From Gammaproteobacteria bacterium (GTDB lineage Bacteria > Pseudomonadota > Gammaproteobacteria > VBWC01): a stretch of 64,000 nucleotides of DNA. This document shows, one piece after another, positions 48,359-57,820 of this stretch. Each line of letters starts with the position of its first letter. The first letter of the stretch is position 1. The stretch is from contig VBWC01000003.1 of NCBI GenBank assembly GCA_006218035.1, positions 117,251 through 181,250 of the forward strand, written 5' to 3'. Both the position numbers and the translations under genes were made by a program. The notes beneath the pieces were generated by a model that did not search any database, was not told the origin of the DNA, and was given only the letters and a program-made list of their open reading frames with translations.

Positions 48359-50461
48359 ATGGCACAGGTAGTATTCCCGTCAAACGCAGGTGACGTCGCC
48401 CGCATCGGTCTGGGCGCACCTTTGCTGCTGTTCGCGCTGCTCGCGATGCTGGTTGTGCCATTGAGTCCGTTTGTACTGGACGTGCTGTTCACCTTCAACA
48501 TTTCTCTGGCGCTGGTGGTGATACTCGCCGGTGTTTACAGCCGGCGGCCGCTGGACTTCGCGGCGTTTCCCACCGTGCTGCTGCTGGCGACGCTGTTACG
48601 GCTCGCGCTGAATATCGCCGCGACCCGGGTGGTGCTGCTGAATGGTCACAGCGGTACCGGCGCGGCTGGCCACGTTATCGAGGCGTTCGGCGAGTTCGTT
48701 ATCGGTGGCAACTATGCGGTTGGCCTGGTGGTATTCGCGATCCTGGTGATCATCAACTTCGTGGTCGTCACCAAGGGCGCCGGGCGCATATCGGAAGTGA
48801 CGGCGCGGTTCACCCTGGATGCGATGCCCGGCAAGCAAATGGCCATAGACGCCGATTTGAACGCCGGCCTTATCGACCAGGAAACCGCCAAGACCCGGCG
48901 CTCCGAAATCGCGCGTGAAGCGGACTTCTACGGCGCGATGGACGGTGCCAGCAAGTTTGTACGCGGCGACGCCGTTGCCGGCATCCTGATTTTGTTTATC
49001 AATCTGATCGGCGGTGTGTCGATCGGTATCGCGCAGCATGGCATGGGATTCGCGGACGCGATGCACACCTACTCGCTATTAACGATAGGTGATGGTCTGG
49101 TCGCCCAGATTCCCGCGTTGGTGCTATCGACATCGGCGGCCATCATGGTGACGCGTATGTCGACTGCGCACGACATGGGCAAGGACATCCTGATGCAGCT
49201 ATTCGCCAATCCGAAGGCGCTGGCCGTTACCGGCGCGATCATCGGTGGCATGGGGCTGGTGCCGGGCATGCCGAATCTGGTGTTCCTGACGCTCGGCGGG
49301 CTGTGCGGCGGCGGTGCCTATCTGATCGCGCAGAAACAACAGGGGGCTGCCGAACAATCCGTCAAGGAGGCCGTCGTTGCACCGGTGCCGGTGGCACGCG
49401 ACCTGAGCTGGGACGACGTGACTCCGATCGACCCGGTCGGGCTTGAGGTGGGCTACCGGTTGATACCGATGGTGGACAAGAACCAGGGTGGCCAGCTGCT
49501 GGGGCGGATCAAGGGCGTGCGCAAGAAACTCACGCAGGATCTCGGCTTCCTGATTCCGGCGGTTCATATCCGCGACAATCTCGATCTCGCGCCGAACGGG
49601 TATCGCGTCACGCTGCTCGGCGTCGTGGTGGGTGAAGCGGAGATCTATCCGGATCGGGATCTGGCGATCAATCCCGGCCAGGTGTTCGGCACGGTGGCGG
49701 GTATCGATGCGCGTGATCCGACCTTCGGCCTGGAAGCGAAGTGGATCGAACCGTCATTGCGCGAGCAGGCGCAAACGACGGGCTACACGGTGGTCGACGC
49801 CAGCACGGTCATCGCGACGCATCTCAGCCACCTGATACAGACGCATGCGCACGAACTGCTCGGCCGGGAAGAGCTGCAGCAGCTGCTCGACACGCTGGCC
49901 AAAGCGGCGCCGAAAATGGTGGAAGACCTGGTGCCCGACACGGTGCCGCGCGGCGTGGTGCTGCGGGTACTGAAGAATCTGCTGGAGGAAGGCGTATCGA
50001 TACGCGATATGCGCACGATCGCCGGGACGTTGGCGGAACACGGCGTGAAGAGTCAAGACCCCGCCGTGTTGACGGCCGCAGTGCGCGTCGCGCTGGGCCG
50101 TTCCATTGTTCAAAATATCAATAACATAGGGCGTGAACTGCCAGTGATTACACTGGACCCGGAGCTGGAACAGTTATTGCAAAACTCCATTCAGGGTACG
50201 GGTGACGCGGCGGCGGCACTGGAACCCGGGCTGGCAGACAGGATTCACAGGACCCTGGCGGATGTCGTACAGCGCCAGGAGGCGGCCGGAGAGCCGGCGG
50301 TACTGCTGGTATCGGCGCCGATCAGGACCCTGCTGGCGCGGTTCGTACGGTTCAGCATACCGAGTTTACAAGTGCTGTCGTACAACGAAATACCGGATAA
50401 CAAACGCATCCGCGTGATCGCGAGCGTCGGCAACAACAAGACACTGAACGGTGTCGCGTAA
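48359..50461 (+). CDS. flhA: flagellar export gate protein FlhA
   Basis: The 700-aa product has an N-terminal membrane domain, the FHIPxxxR-type motifs (GNYAVGLVVFAILVIINFVVVTKGAGRISEV) and a cytoplasmic C-terminal domain. The start is the ATG at 48359 after an AGAGGA ribosome-binding site. Confidence 0.92.
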   Translation: MAQVVFPSNAGDVARIGLGAPLLLFALLAMLVVPLSPFVLDVLFTFNISLALVVILAGVYSRRPLDFAAFPTVLLLATLLRLALNIAATRVVLLNGHSGTGAAGHVIEAFGEFVIGGNYAVGLVVFAILVIINFVVVTKGAGRISEVTARFTLDAMPGKQMAIDADLNAGLIDQETAKTRRSEIAREADFYGAMDGASKFVRGDAVAGILILFINLIGGVSIGIAQHGMGFADAMHTYSLLTIGDGLVAQIPALVLSTSAAIMVTRMSTAHDMGKDILMQLFANPKALAVTGAIIGGMGLVPGMPNLVFLTLGGLCGGGAYLIAQKQQGAAEQSVKEAVVAPVPVARDLSWDDVTPIDPVGLEVGYRLIPMVDKNQGGQLLGRIKGVRKKLTQDLGFLIPAVHIRDNLDLAPNGYRVTLLGVVVGEAEIYPDRDLAINPGQVFGTVAGIDARDPTFGLEAKWIEPSLREQAQTTGYTVVDASTVIATHLSHLIQTHAHELLGREELQQLLDTLAKAAPKMVEDLVPDTVPRGVVLRVLKNLLEEGVSIRDMRTIAGTLAEHGVKSQDPAVLTAAVRVALGRSIVQNINNIGRELPVITLDPELEQLLQNSIQGTGDAAAALEPGLADRIHRTLADVVQRQEAAGEPAVLLVSAPIRTLLARFVRFSIPSLQVLSYNEIPDNKRIRVIASVGNNKTLNGVA

Positions 50462-50522
50462 GGCACGGCAACGGCAGCAGACGGACAGGGTGTTAACGCA
50501 GGCAGCTTTCGAGACCAATTGA

Positions 50523-51818
50523 ATGAAAGTAAAACGCTTCTTCGGTGCAGATATTCGCGCAGCGCTGCGTCAGGTGCGCCACGAGCTGGGCCCGGACGCG
50601 GTGATTCTCTCCAACCGCGCGGTCGACAACGGCATCGAGATCGTCGCCGCGACCGACTACAGTGAAAGTGCGTTGGGACAGATCGCGGGGACTCTGCAAC
50701 CGGCGGCCGATGATCAGCCCGCGAAGTTCAAGCCGGATCAGGTAACGCTCTCCGGCAAAAGGCCGGTGGCGCCGCAGCTGGTGAATCCACCGAGGCCGTC
50801 CGCGGTACCGCAGCGCGGCGACAGTGTCACCGCCGGAACGCCCCAGGCACCGGTAAGCCCCGGCATCGTCTGGACCCAGGATCCGGTACTGACGGAGATG
50901 CGACGCGAGATCAAGACGCTGCGTGGCCTGATGGAAAATCATTTTTCGGCGCTGGCCTGGGAGGAGTACGGCAGGCTGCATCCCTTGAAGGTCGACCTGC
51001 TGCGGCGCCTGATGCGCCTCGGGCTGGGGATGGCGCTGTCAGAGAAGGTCGCTGACGCCGTCAAGACGACCGACGATATTGACCATTGCTGGCGCGCCGC
51101 GCTGGGAATGCTCGCCGACATGGTGCCGGAGTCCGACATCGATCTGATGAATAACGGCGGGTTGGTCGCACTGGTCGGCCCTACCGGGGTTGGCAAGACC
51201 ACGACACTGGCCAAACTCGCCGCCCGTTTCGCGTTGCGTCACGGGGCGCGGCAGGTGGCCCTGATCAGTACCGACGAGTTTCGCATCGGCGCCCATGAAC
51301 AGGTCCGTATCTACGGCAGAATTCTTAACATACCGGTACGGTCGGTCAGTACAGCGGACGAACTGGAAACCGCGCTTGCCGAATTTTCCGACCGCCGGCT
51401 GGTGTTGATTGACACGGCGGGCATCGGCCAGCGTAACAGCGGTATTACCGGGCAGTTGCGGGTACTCGAAGGCGGCTTACGCAAACTGAAGACCTGTCTG
51501 GTGATGTCAGCGACCACGCACCGTACCGGCTTGCTCGAAATCGTGGATGCATTCCGCTTCATCAATCCGAGCGCCTGCATCCTGACAAAACTCGACGAAA
51601 CCACGCAGTTGGGCGGTGTGCTCAGCACACTGATTGCATCCGCCCTGCCGGCCGCCTACCTGTGTGACGGGCAGCGGGTGCCGGAGGATATACACACGGC
51701 GCGCAAACATAATCTCGTCAGCCAGTGCGTCGCCATCGCCCAGAATATCGATGACAAATATCAGGAGGAAGCGACGGTGCTGTCTTTTTCAGGGATGACA
51801 TCCAATGCCCGCGTCTAG
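50523..51818 (+). CDS. flhF: flagellar placement SRP-type GTPase FlhF
   Basis: The G-domain motifs are GPTGVGKTTTLAKLA, DTAGIG and TKLDE. Confidence 0.9.
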   Translation: MKVKRFFGADIRAALRQVRHELGPDAVILSNRAVDNGIEIVAATDYSESALGQIAGTLQPAADDQPAKFKPDQVTLSGKRPVAPQLVNPPRPSAVPQRGDSVTAGTPQAPVSPGIVWTQDPVLTEMRREIKTLRGLMENHFSALAWEEYGRLHPLKVDLLRRLMRLGLGMALSEKVADAVKTTDDIDHCWRAALGMLADMVPESDIDLMNNGGLVALVGPTGVGKTTTLAKLAARFALRHGARQVALISTDEFRIGAHEQVRIYGRILNIPVRSVSTADELETALAEFSDRRLVLIDTAGIGQRNSGITGQLRVLEGGLRKLKTCLVMSATTHRTGLLEIVDAFRFINPSACILTKLDETTQLGGVLSTLIASALPAAYLCDGQRVPEDIHTARKHNLVSQCVAIAQNIDDKYQEEATVLSFSGMTSNARV

Positions 51819-52692
51819 TCTCAAGCAGGATCAGGCGACCGGGCTGCGTACCATGACGCGACCGAAACCGGTCCGGGTAATCGCCGTTACCAGCGGCAAG
51901 GGTGGTGTCGGCAAGACCAATGTTTCGGTAAATCTGGCGGTGTCGATGGCCGATGCCGGCAAGCGCGTGCTGCTGTTCGACGCCGACCTCGGGTTGGCCA
52001 ACGTCGACGTGATGCTGGGGCTGCGTGCGCAGTACACGCTGCAGCACGTCATCAACGGCGATCGTACACTCGAAGAAATCCTGATCGAAGGGCCGTCCGG
52101 ATTGAAGATCGTCCCGGCGGCGTCAGGCGTCGCCGGCATGGCCGACCTGTCGCCTGCACAGCATGCCGGCCTGATACATGCGTTCGGCGAGCTGACCTTT
52201 CCGGTTGACACGCTGTTGATCGACACGGCAGCAGGAATTTCCGATGGCGTGATCAGCCTGATCAAGGCCGCACAGGACGTGCTGGTCGTGGTCTGCGATG
52301 AGCCGGCATCAATCACCGACGCCTATGCGATGATCAAACTGTTGAATCGCGAGCACGGCATCCACCGTTTCCGCGTGGTCGCGAACATGGCGTTAAGTGC
52401 CAGGGAAGGGCAGGACCTGTTTAAAAAACTGGTCAGAGTGACGGACCGCTTTCTGGACGTCACGCTCGACTTCATGGGCACTGTTCCCTACGACGAGTAT
52501 CTGCGCAAGGCAATACAACGGCAGCGCGCCGTCGTCGATGCCTACCCGCGCAGTAAATCGGCGGTAGCCTTCAAGAACCTGGCACAGAAAACGGACAGCT
52601 GGCCTGCGCCGACTGTCGCCGGGGGGCGTCTCGAATTCTTTGTTGAGAGACTGATACAGGCAAGTCAATTAGCCGAGGCATCTGGACTATGA
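51805..52692 (+). CDS. fleN: MinD-like ATPase FleN/FlhG (flagellar number regulator)
   Basis: The deviant Walker A box is VTSGKGGVGKTNVSVNLA. It lies between flhF and fliA. Confidence 0.9.
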   Translation: MPASSLKQDQATGLRTMTRPKPVRVIAVTSGKGGVGKTNVSVNLAVSMADAGKRVLLFDADLGLANVDVMLGLRAQYTLQHVINGDRTLEEILIEGPSGLKIVPAASGVAGMADLSPAQHAGLIHAFGELTFPVDTLLIDTAAGISDGVISLIKAAQDVLVVVCDEPASITDAYAMIKLLNREHGIHRFRVVANMALSAREGQDLFKKLVRVTDRFLDVTLDFMGTVPYDEYLRKAIQRQRAVVDAYPRSKSAVAFKNLAQKTDSWPAPTVAGGRLEFFVERLIQASQLAEASGL

Positions 52693-53426
52693 ACGGAGCA
52701 GCGATGTACGTGTCTATGAAAACCGATGACAACATGGATGATGATCTCGTAACCAGACACGCGCCGCTGGTGAAGCGGATTGCGTACCATCTGATCAGCC
52801 GCTTGCCACCCAATGTTCAGGCGGACGATCTGATTCAGGCCGGTATGATCGGCCTGCTCGAAGCGTCGCGAAATTATGACGCGACACAGGGCGCGAGCTT
52901 CGAGACCTATGCCGGTATCCGCATACGCGGCGCGATGCTCGACGAGATTCGCAAGGGCGACTGGGTGCCGCGCTCGGTACACCGCCGCGCACGCGAGATG
53001 GCCGAGGCGGTGCGTAAGGTCGAAAACCTTACCGGGCGTGACGCACGTGATCACGAGATCGCCGAGGAGATGGGACTGGAACTGGCCAGCTATCACAAGA
53101 TACTCCAGGACGTCAGCGGCCACCGCGTGCTGAGTTTCGAGGACCTGGGGATCGATGATGGCGGCATCGGCGACGCTTTCCCCGACGGGGCGACGAATCC
53201 CTATGAGGGTCTGGAAAGGGCCGACTTCAAGAAGGCACTGGCGGATGCAATCTCCGGCCTGCCGGAACGGGAGCGCCTCGTGCTGACCTTGTATTACGAC
53301 GAAGAAATGAATTTGCGGGAGATCGGCGCCGTTATAGGTGTCAGCGAATCGCGCATCAGCCAGATTCACAGCCAGGCGCTGATTCGCCTGCAGGCGCGCC
53401 TGAAGAACTGGGCGTTACGAGACTAA
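52689..53426 (+). CDS. fliA: RNA polymerase sigma-28 factor FliA
   Basis: Sigma-70 regions 2, 3 and 4 are present (LVKRIAYHLISR...DLIQAGMIGLLEA ... LREIGAVIGVSESRISQIHSQAL). Confidence 0.92.
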   Translation: MNGAAMYVSMKTDDNMDDDLVTRHAPLVKRIAYHLISRLPPNVQADDLIQAGMIGLLEASRNYDATQGASFETYAGIRIRGAMLDEIRKGDWVPRSVHRRAREMAEAVRKVENLTGRDARDHEIAEEMGLELASYHKILQDVSGHRVLSFEDLGIDDGGIGDAFPDGATNPYEGLERADFKKALADAISGLPERERLVLTLYYDEEMNLREIGAVIGVSESRISQIHSQALIRLQARLKNWALRD

Positions 53427-53450
53427 AAAAGCGGCGACTGGTGACTAACA

Positions 53451-53843
53451 ATGGCTCTCGATAAGGATATCAAGATCTTGATCGTCGATGACTTTGCGAC
53501 GATGCGCCGAATAATAAAAAATCTGTTGAGGGACCTCGGTTTCGAGAACACCGACGAGGCGGAGGACGGCGCCAAGGCGCTGCCGAAGCTACAGAACGGC
53601 GACTACAAGTTCGTGATCACCGACTGGAACATGCCGGCGATGCCCGGCATCGAGCTGCTGAAGGCGATTCGTGCCGACCGGCGGTTGCAGGCGCTGCCGG
53701 TGCTGATGGTGACGGCGGAACAGCGCCGCGAACAGATCGTCGAGGCCGCGGAGGCCGGCGTCAACGGCTACATCGTCAAGCCATTCACGGCAGCCATGCT
53801 CAAGGAAAAAATTGAACGGATATTCGAACGGCTGGAACACTGA
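53451..53843 (+). CDS. cheY: chemotaxis response regulator CheY
   Basis: The 130-aa product has the CheY hallmarks DDFATMRR...DWNMPAMPG...MVTA...GYIVKPFTA. Confidence 0.93.
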   Translation: MALDKDIKILIVDDFATMRRIIKNLLRDLGFENTDEAEDGAKALPKLQNGDYKFVITDWNMPAMPGIELLKAIRADRRLQALPVLMVTAEQRREQIVEAAEAGVNGYIVKPFTAAMLKEKIERIFERLEH

Positions 53844-53982
53844 GCGCCGCCGGTATCCGGAGGGTTGTGGAAATAGTGATGGTGACCGGTAATGAGTGCG
53901 AAGCGGATGAGATTCGAATAACGGCAGCCCGCGCGGTGCGGTTGCCGGTGTTGCCGGAACGCTGGAGAAGAAGGTTGACTTT

Positions 53983-55974
53983 ATGGCATCGAACTTCGAT
54001 GGGGAAATAGTTCGCGACTTTATCGTTGAGGGCGGCGAAATTCTGGAAAAACTCGGGGAGGAGCTCGTCACGCTGGACGGGAGCCCGCGCGATATTGAGC
54101 TGCTGAACAGCATATTTCGCGGTTTTCATACCATCAAGGGCGGCGCCAGTTTTCTGAGTATCGAGCCGGTCGTCGCACTCTGTCACGGAGCCGAAGATCT
54201 GTTCAGCCTGTACCGTTCCGGCGAACGGAGCGTGGATTCCCGCGATATTGACATCGTGCTGCGCACTGTCGACGAACTTGGCGCGGCCTTTGCTGAATTG
54301 CGAAACAATGCCGCGCCGAAACCGGCCGATCCCGCCCTGCTGTTGGACCTCCGTCAAAGTGTCTCCCGGCTTGGTGGCAACGCCTCGTCGGGAACGGCCG
54401 CCGCCGCAACATCCGGTGCGGTCGAACGGACGGACCCGCCGGCCGGTGGGCAGGATCAATTCACGGCTGCGGTCGCGGCGGGCGATGCCACTGGTACACC
54501 GTCTGGCGGGCAAGGGCTTCATGCGCCGCCAGGTCACCAGGCAGGCGCGGATACGCTGGCGGGCGCCGGGTTACTCGCGCCGCCGCAATTTTCCGACGCG
54601 GAATTTGAAGCACTGCTGGATCGCCTGCATGGTAAAGGCAGCGCGAGTACAGCACCTGTCGTGGCAACGCCCGCGGGGCCAGGCAAAGCGACCGACAGAA
54701 ACCGCAACGAACCTTCGGCCAGGGCGGCCGAGACGCCAATCCATGCAGTGCCGGTACCGGAGCCGACGGATACCGGCGAGAAGCCGCTACGCCAGCCGGA
54801 AGCGACGTTGCGTATTGAAACACGGCGCCTCGATGCGATCATGAATCTCGTCGGCGAACTGGTGCTGGCGCGCAATCGTTTGCTTTCGCTTGAATCGCTG
54901 GCGCGTGACGAGCGTACCAGCAAGGCGCTCAACGATCTCGACCTGGTGATCTCGGATCTTCAGGTGGCGGTGATGAAGTCGCGCATGCAGCCCATTCAGA
55001 AGATATTCGCGCGTTTTCCGCGGGTGGTGCGCGATCTCGCGCGCAGCCTTGCCAAGGAAGTCACGCTGGAGATCAGCGGTGAGGAAACCGATCTGGAAAA
55101 GAACATGGTCGAGTCGCTCGCCGATCCGCTGGTGCATCTGGTGCGTAACGCGATAGACCACGGCATCGAAACCCCCGGCGAGCGCGAAGCCGCCGGCAAG
55201 AGCCGCCACGGGACGGTGAACCTTTCGGCCCATCAGGAAGGCGATCGCGTCGTTGTTACCATTGCTGACGATGGCGCCGGTATCGACGCCGCGCGCCTGC
55301 GTGACGCGGCGGTACGCAAGAAGATGCTCGATCAGATGGCCGCCGACCGTCTTTCGGACGAAGCGTGCTTCGAGTTGATGTTCCTGCCGGGCCTGACCAC
55401 GCGTCAGCAGGCGTCGGACATTTCAGGTCGGGGCGTCGGGATGGACGTGGTGCGGACGAAGATCGAACAGCTCGGCGGCACGATTGCAGTGAGCTCGGTC
55501 CCGGGTTCCGGTACGACCATTGAGATCCGGCTGCCGCTGACGCTGGCGATACTGCCGACATTGATGATCGGACTGGAGCACCAGGTCTTCGCGTTGCCGT
55601 TGTCGTGCGTGGTTGAAATCGTCCATATCAATCTGGCGGAGTCGCGACTCGTGGACGGGCAGCCGGTCATCATCATTCGCGGCAGGCCGCTGCCGCTGTT
55701 TCATCTCGGGGAGTGGCTGCTGCGCAATCCCGCCGGGCGTTCGGCGTCCGTCGGTCAGGTCGTTGTCGTTCGCATCGGACCGCGCCACGTTGCTTTTGCA
55801 GTCGATGACCTGATCGGTCAGGAGGAAGTCGTCATCAAGCCGTTGGGCGCGCTCGTTCATGGCACCAAGGGTCTGGCCGGCGCGACCATCACGGGGGACG
55901 GGCGGGTGGCGCTGGTTCTCGATATACCGGAGCTGCTGTCAAAACACATGATGAAAATGGCGGCGGGGGCATGA
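53983..55974 (+). CDS. cheA: chemotaxis histidine kinase CheA
   Basis: It has an HPt domain (FRGFHTIKGGASFL), an Ala/Pro-rich linker, a dimerisation domain, an HATPase domain (DDGAGID...GRGVGMDVV) and a C-terminal CheW-like domain. Confidence 0.92.
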   Translation: MASNFDGEIVRDFIVEGGEILEKLGEELVTLDGSPRDIELLNSIFRGFHTIKGGASFLSIEPVVALCHGAEDLFSLYRSGERSVDSRDIDIVLRTVDELGAAFAELRNNAAPKPADPALLLDLRQSVSRLGGNASSGTAAAATSGAVERTDPPAGGQDQFTAAVAAGDATGTPSGGQGLHAPPGHQAGADTLAGAGLLAPPQFSDAEFEALLDRLHGKGSASTAPVVATPAGPGKATDRNRNEPSARAAETPIHAVPVPEPTDTGEKPLRQPEATLRIETRRLDAIMNLVGELVLARNRLLSLESLARDERTSKALNDLDLVISDLQVAVMKSRMQPIQKIFARFPRVVRDLARSLAKEVTLEISGEETDLEKNMVESLADPLVHLVRNAIDHGIETPGEREAAGKSRHGTVNLSAHQEGDRVVVTIADDGAGIDAARLRDAAVRKKMLDQMAADRLSDEACFELMFLPGLTTRQQASDISGRGVGMDVVRTKIEQLGGTIAVSSVPGSGTTIEIRLPLTLAILPTLMIGLEHQVFALPLSCVVEIVHINLAESRLVDGQPVIIIRGRPLPLFHLGEWLLRNPAGRSASVGQVVVVRIGPRHVAFAVDDLIGQEEVVIKPLGALVHGTKGLAGATITGDGRVALVLDIPELLSKHMMKMAAGA

Positions 55975-55978
55975 GCAG

Positions 55979-57061
55979 ATGAAGCTACGCGTGCTGGTTG
56001 TCGAGGATTCCCGGTTCTTTCAGCGGCGCATGGTCGAGATGATCAATACCGATCCGGAGCTTGAGGTCGTCGGCGTCGCCGCGAACGGTATTGAGGCGAT
56101 CGAACAGAACAAGGCGCTCAGTCCCGACGTCATCACCATGGATATCGAGATGCCGGAAATGGACGGAATCAGCGCGGTGCGGCGCATTATGCGCGAAAAG
56201 CCGACGCCTATCCTGATGTTTTCGGTGTTGACGACCGATCGGGCGCAGGAAACGCTGGCGGCCCTCGATGCCGGCGCGATCGATTATCTGCCCAAACGAT
56301 TTGAGGATTTGTCGAAGAATACCGAGACCGCCCGGCGTCTGCTGTGTGAGCGTATTCGGAGTGTCGCGAACCGCCAGCGGGTGTCGTTGCCGGCCCACAT
56401 GGCGGCGATCGGTTCGGTAGCCAGGACCGCGCACGCTCCGTTGCCGACGCGGATATCCGCCGGTCAGCCCGCAATCAAAGCAAAGCACCGGTCACCTGTA
56501 GAACTGGTGGTCATCGGCGCATCGACCGGCGGGCCGGTAGCGTTACAACTGGTATTGTCCGCATTATCCGCCGATTTCCCGGTGCCGATATTGATCTCGC
56601 AGCACATGCCGGGCACGTTTACGCCGGCGTTCGCGCAGCGGCTGTCGCGGGTCTGTGCGATGACCGTCAGCGAGGTGGTTGACGGCGAACGCCTGGTTGC
56701 CGGTCGCGCCTACATCGCACCTGGCGGACGGCAGACGCTGGTGAAACGTTGCAATGGTGCGTTGTGCGCCGAGGTACGGGAGGCGGCGGACGACGACATC
56801 TATCGGCCGAGTGTCGATATTACCTTCCGATCCGTCGCGCAGCACTGTGGCGAAAAGGCCCTGGCGATAGTCCTGACCGGCATGGGCGCCGACGGCAGGG
56901 AAGGCGCGCGACACCTTAAGGAAAGCGGTGCGTCCGTATGGGCGCAGGATGAAAGCTCGTCGGTCGTATTCGGCATGCCGGGTGCGGTGATCGACGCGGG
57001 GCTGGCGGATGAGGTGTTGCCGCTGGTGGATATCGGGGCGCAGTTAATCAAGAAGATATAG
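55979..57061 (+). CDS. cheB: chemotaxis methylesterase CheB
   Basis: It has a REC domain (VLVVEDS...ITMDIEMPEMDG) and a methylesterase domain (VVIGASTGGP...GMGADG). Confidence 0.92.
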   Translation: MKLRVLVVEDSRFFQRRMVEMINTDPELEVVGVAANGIEAIEQNKALSPDVITMDIEMPEMDGISAVRRIMREKPTPILMFSVLTTDRAQETLAALDAGAIDYLPKRFEDLSKNTETARRLLCERIRSVANRQRVSLPAHMAAIGSVARTAHAPLPTRISAGQPAIKAKHRSPVELVVIGASTGGPVALQLVLSALSADFPVPILISQHMPGTFTPAFAQRLSRVCAMTVSEVVDGERLVAGRAYIAPGGRQTLVKRCNGALCAEVREAADDDIYRPSVDITFRSVAQHCGEKALAIVLTGMGADGREGARHLKESGASVWAQDESSSVVFGMPGAVIDAGLADEVLPLVDIGAQLIKKI

Positions 57062-57063
57062 CG

Positions 57064-57801
57064 ATGGATATACTTTCTATAGCAGGCGTGATTCTCGCGC
57101 TCACCGCGATTCTCGGCGGAAACCTGCTCGAAGGCGGACACACGGCATCGTTGCTGCAGCTGACGGCGTTCATCATTGTGGCCGGCGCCACGGCGGGCGC
57201 CATCATGCTGCAGTTCGCCATGCCGATATTCATGCGCGGCCTCAAAATGGGCCTGTGGGTGTTTTTTCCGCCGAAAATTCCGGTTAAGGAGGCGATCGAC
57301 AAGATCGTGTCGTGGAGTAATACCGCGCGCAAGGAGGGCCTGCTGGGGCTGGAGGAGGTCGTCGAGGGAGAAACCGATCCATTCGCGCGCAAGGGTTTGC
57401 AGCTACTGGTCGACGGTGGCGAGCCCGAGGCGATACGCGGCATTCTGGAGCTCGAGTTGACGATCCGTGAGGAGCGCGATGCGCTGTCCGCGAAGATCTG
57501 GGAGGCGGCCGGCGGTTATACACCGACGGTCGGGATTATCGGCGCGGTCATGGGTTTGATTCACGTTATGAATAATCTGGCCGACCCGAGCAAGCTCGGT
57601 AGCGGTATTGCGGTCGCGTTCGTCGCGACAATCTACGGTGTCGGCCTCGCCAACCTGCTTTTTCTGCCGATGGCGAGCAAGCTGAAGGCGCTGGTCGGTA
57701 AACAAACGAAGTACGCCGAGATGATCATCGAAGGCATTATCGCGATCGCCGAGGGTGAAAACCCGAGGAACATCGAATCCAAGCTGCAAGGCTATTTGTA
57801 A
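57064..57801 (+). CDS. motA: flagellar stator protein MotA/PomA family
   Basis: The 245-aa product has four transmembrane segments. Its position after cheB corresponds to motC/pomA of polar-flagellum systems. Confidence 0.85.
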   Translation: MDILSIAGVILALTAILGGNLLEGGHTASLLQLTAFIIVAGATAGAIMLQFAMPIFMRGLKMGLWVFFPPKIPVKEAIDKIVSWSNTARKEGLLGLEEVVEGETDPFARKGLQLLVDGGEPEAIRGILELELTIREERDALSAKIWEAAGGYTPTVGIIGAVMGLIHVMNNLADPSKLGSGIAVAFVATIYGVGLANLLFLPMASKLKALVGKQTKYAEMIIEGIIAIAEGENPRNIESKLQGYL

Positions 57802-57820
57802 AGGCACGTTGTGAACGCCG

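Noticed and set aside
53844-53982. A hidden cheZ in the cheY-cheA gap
   Set aside because: The gap is only 140 bp and no ORF longer than 13 codons is present on either strand.
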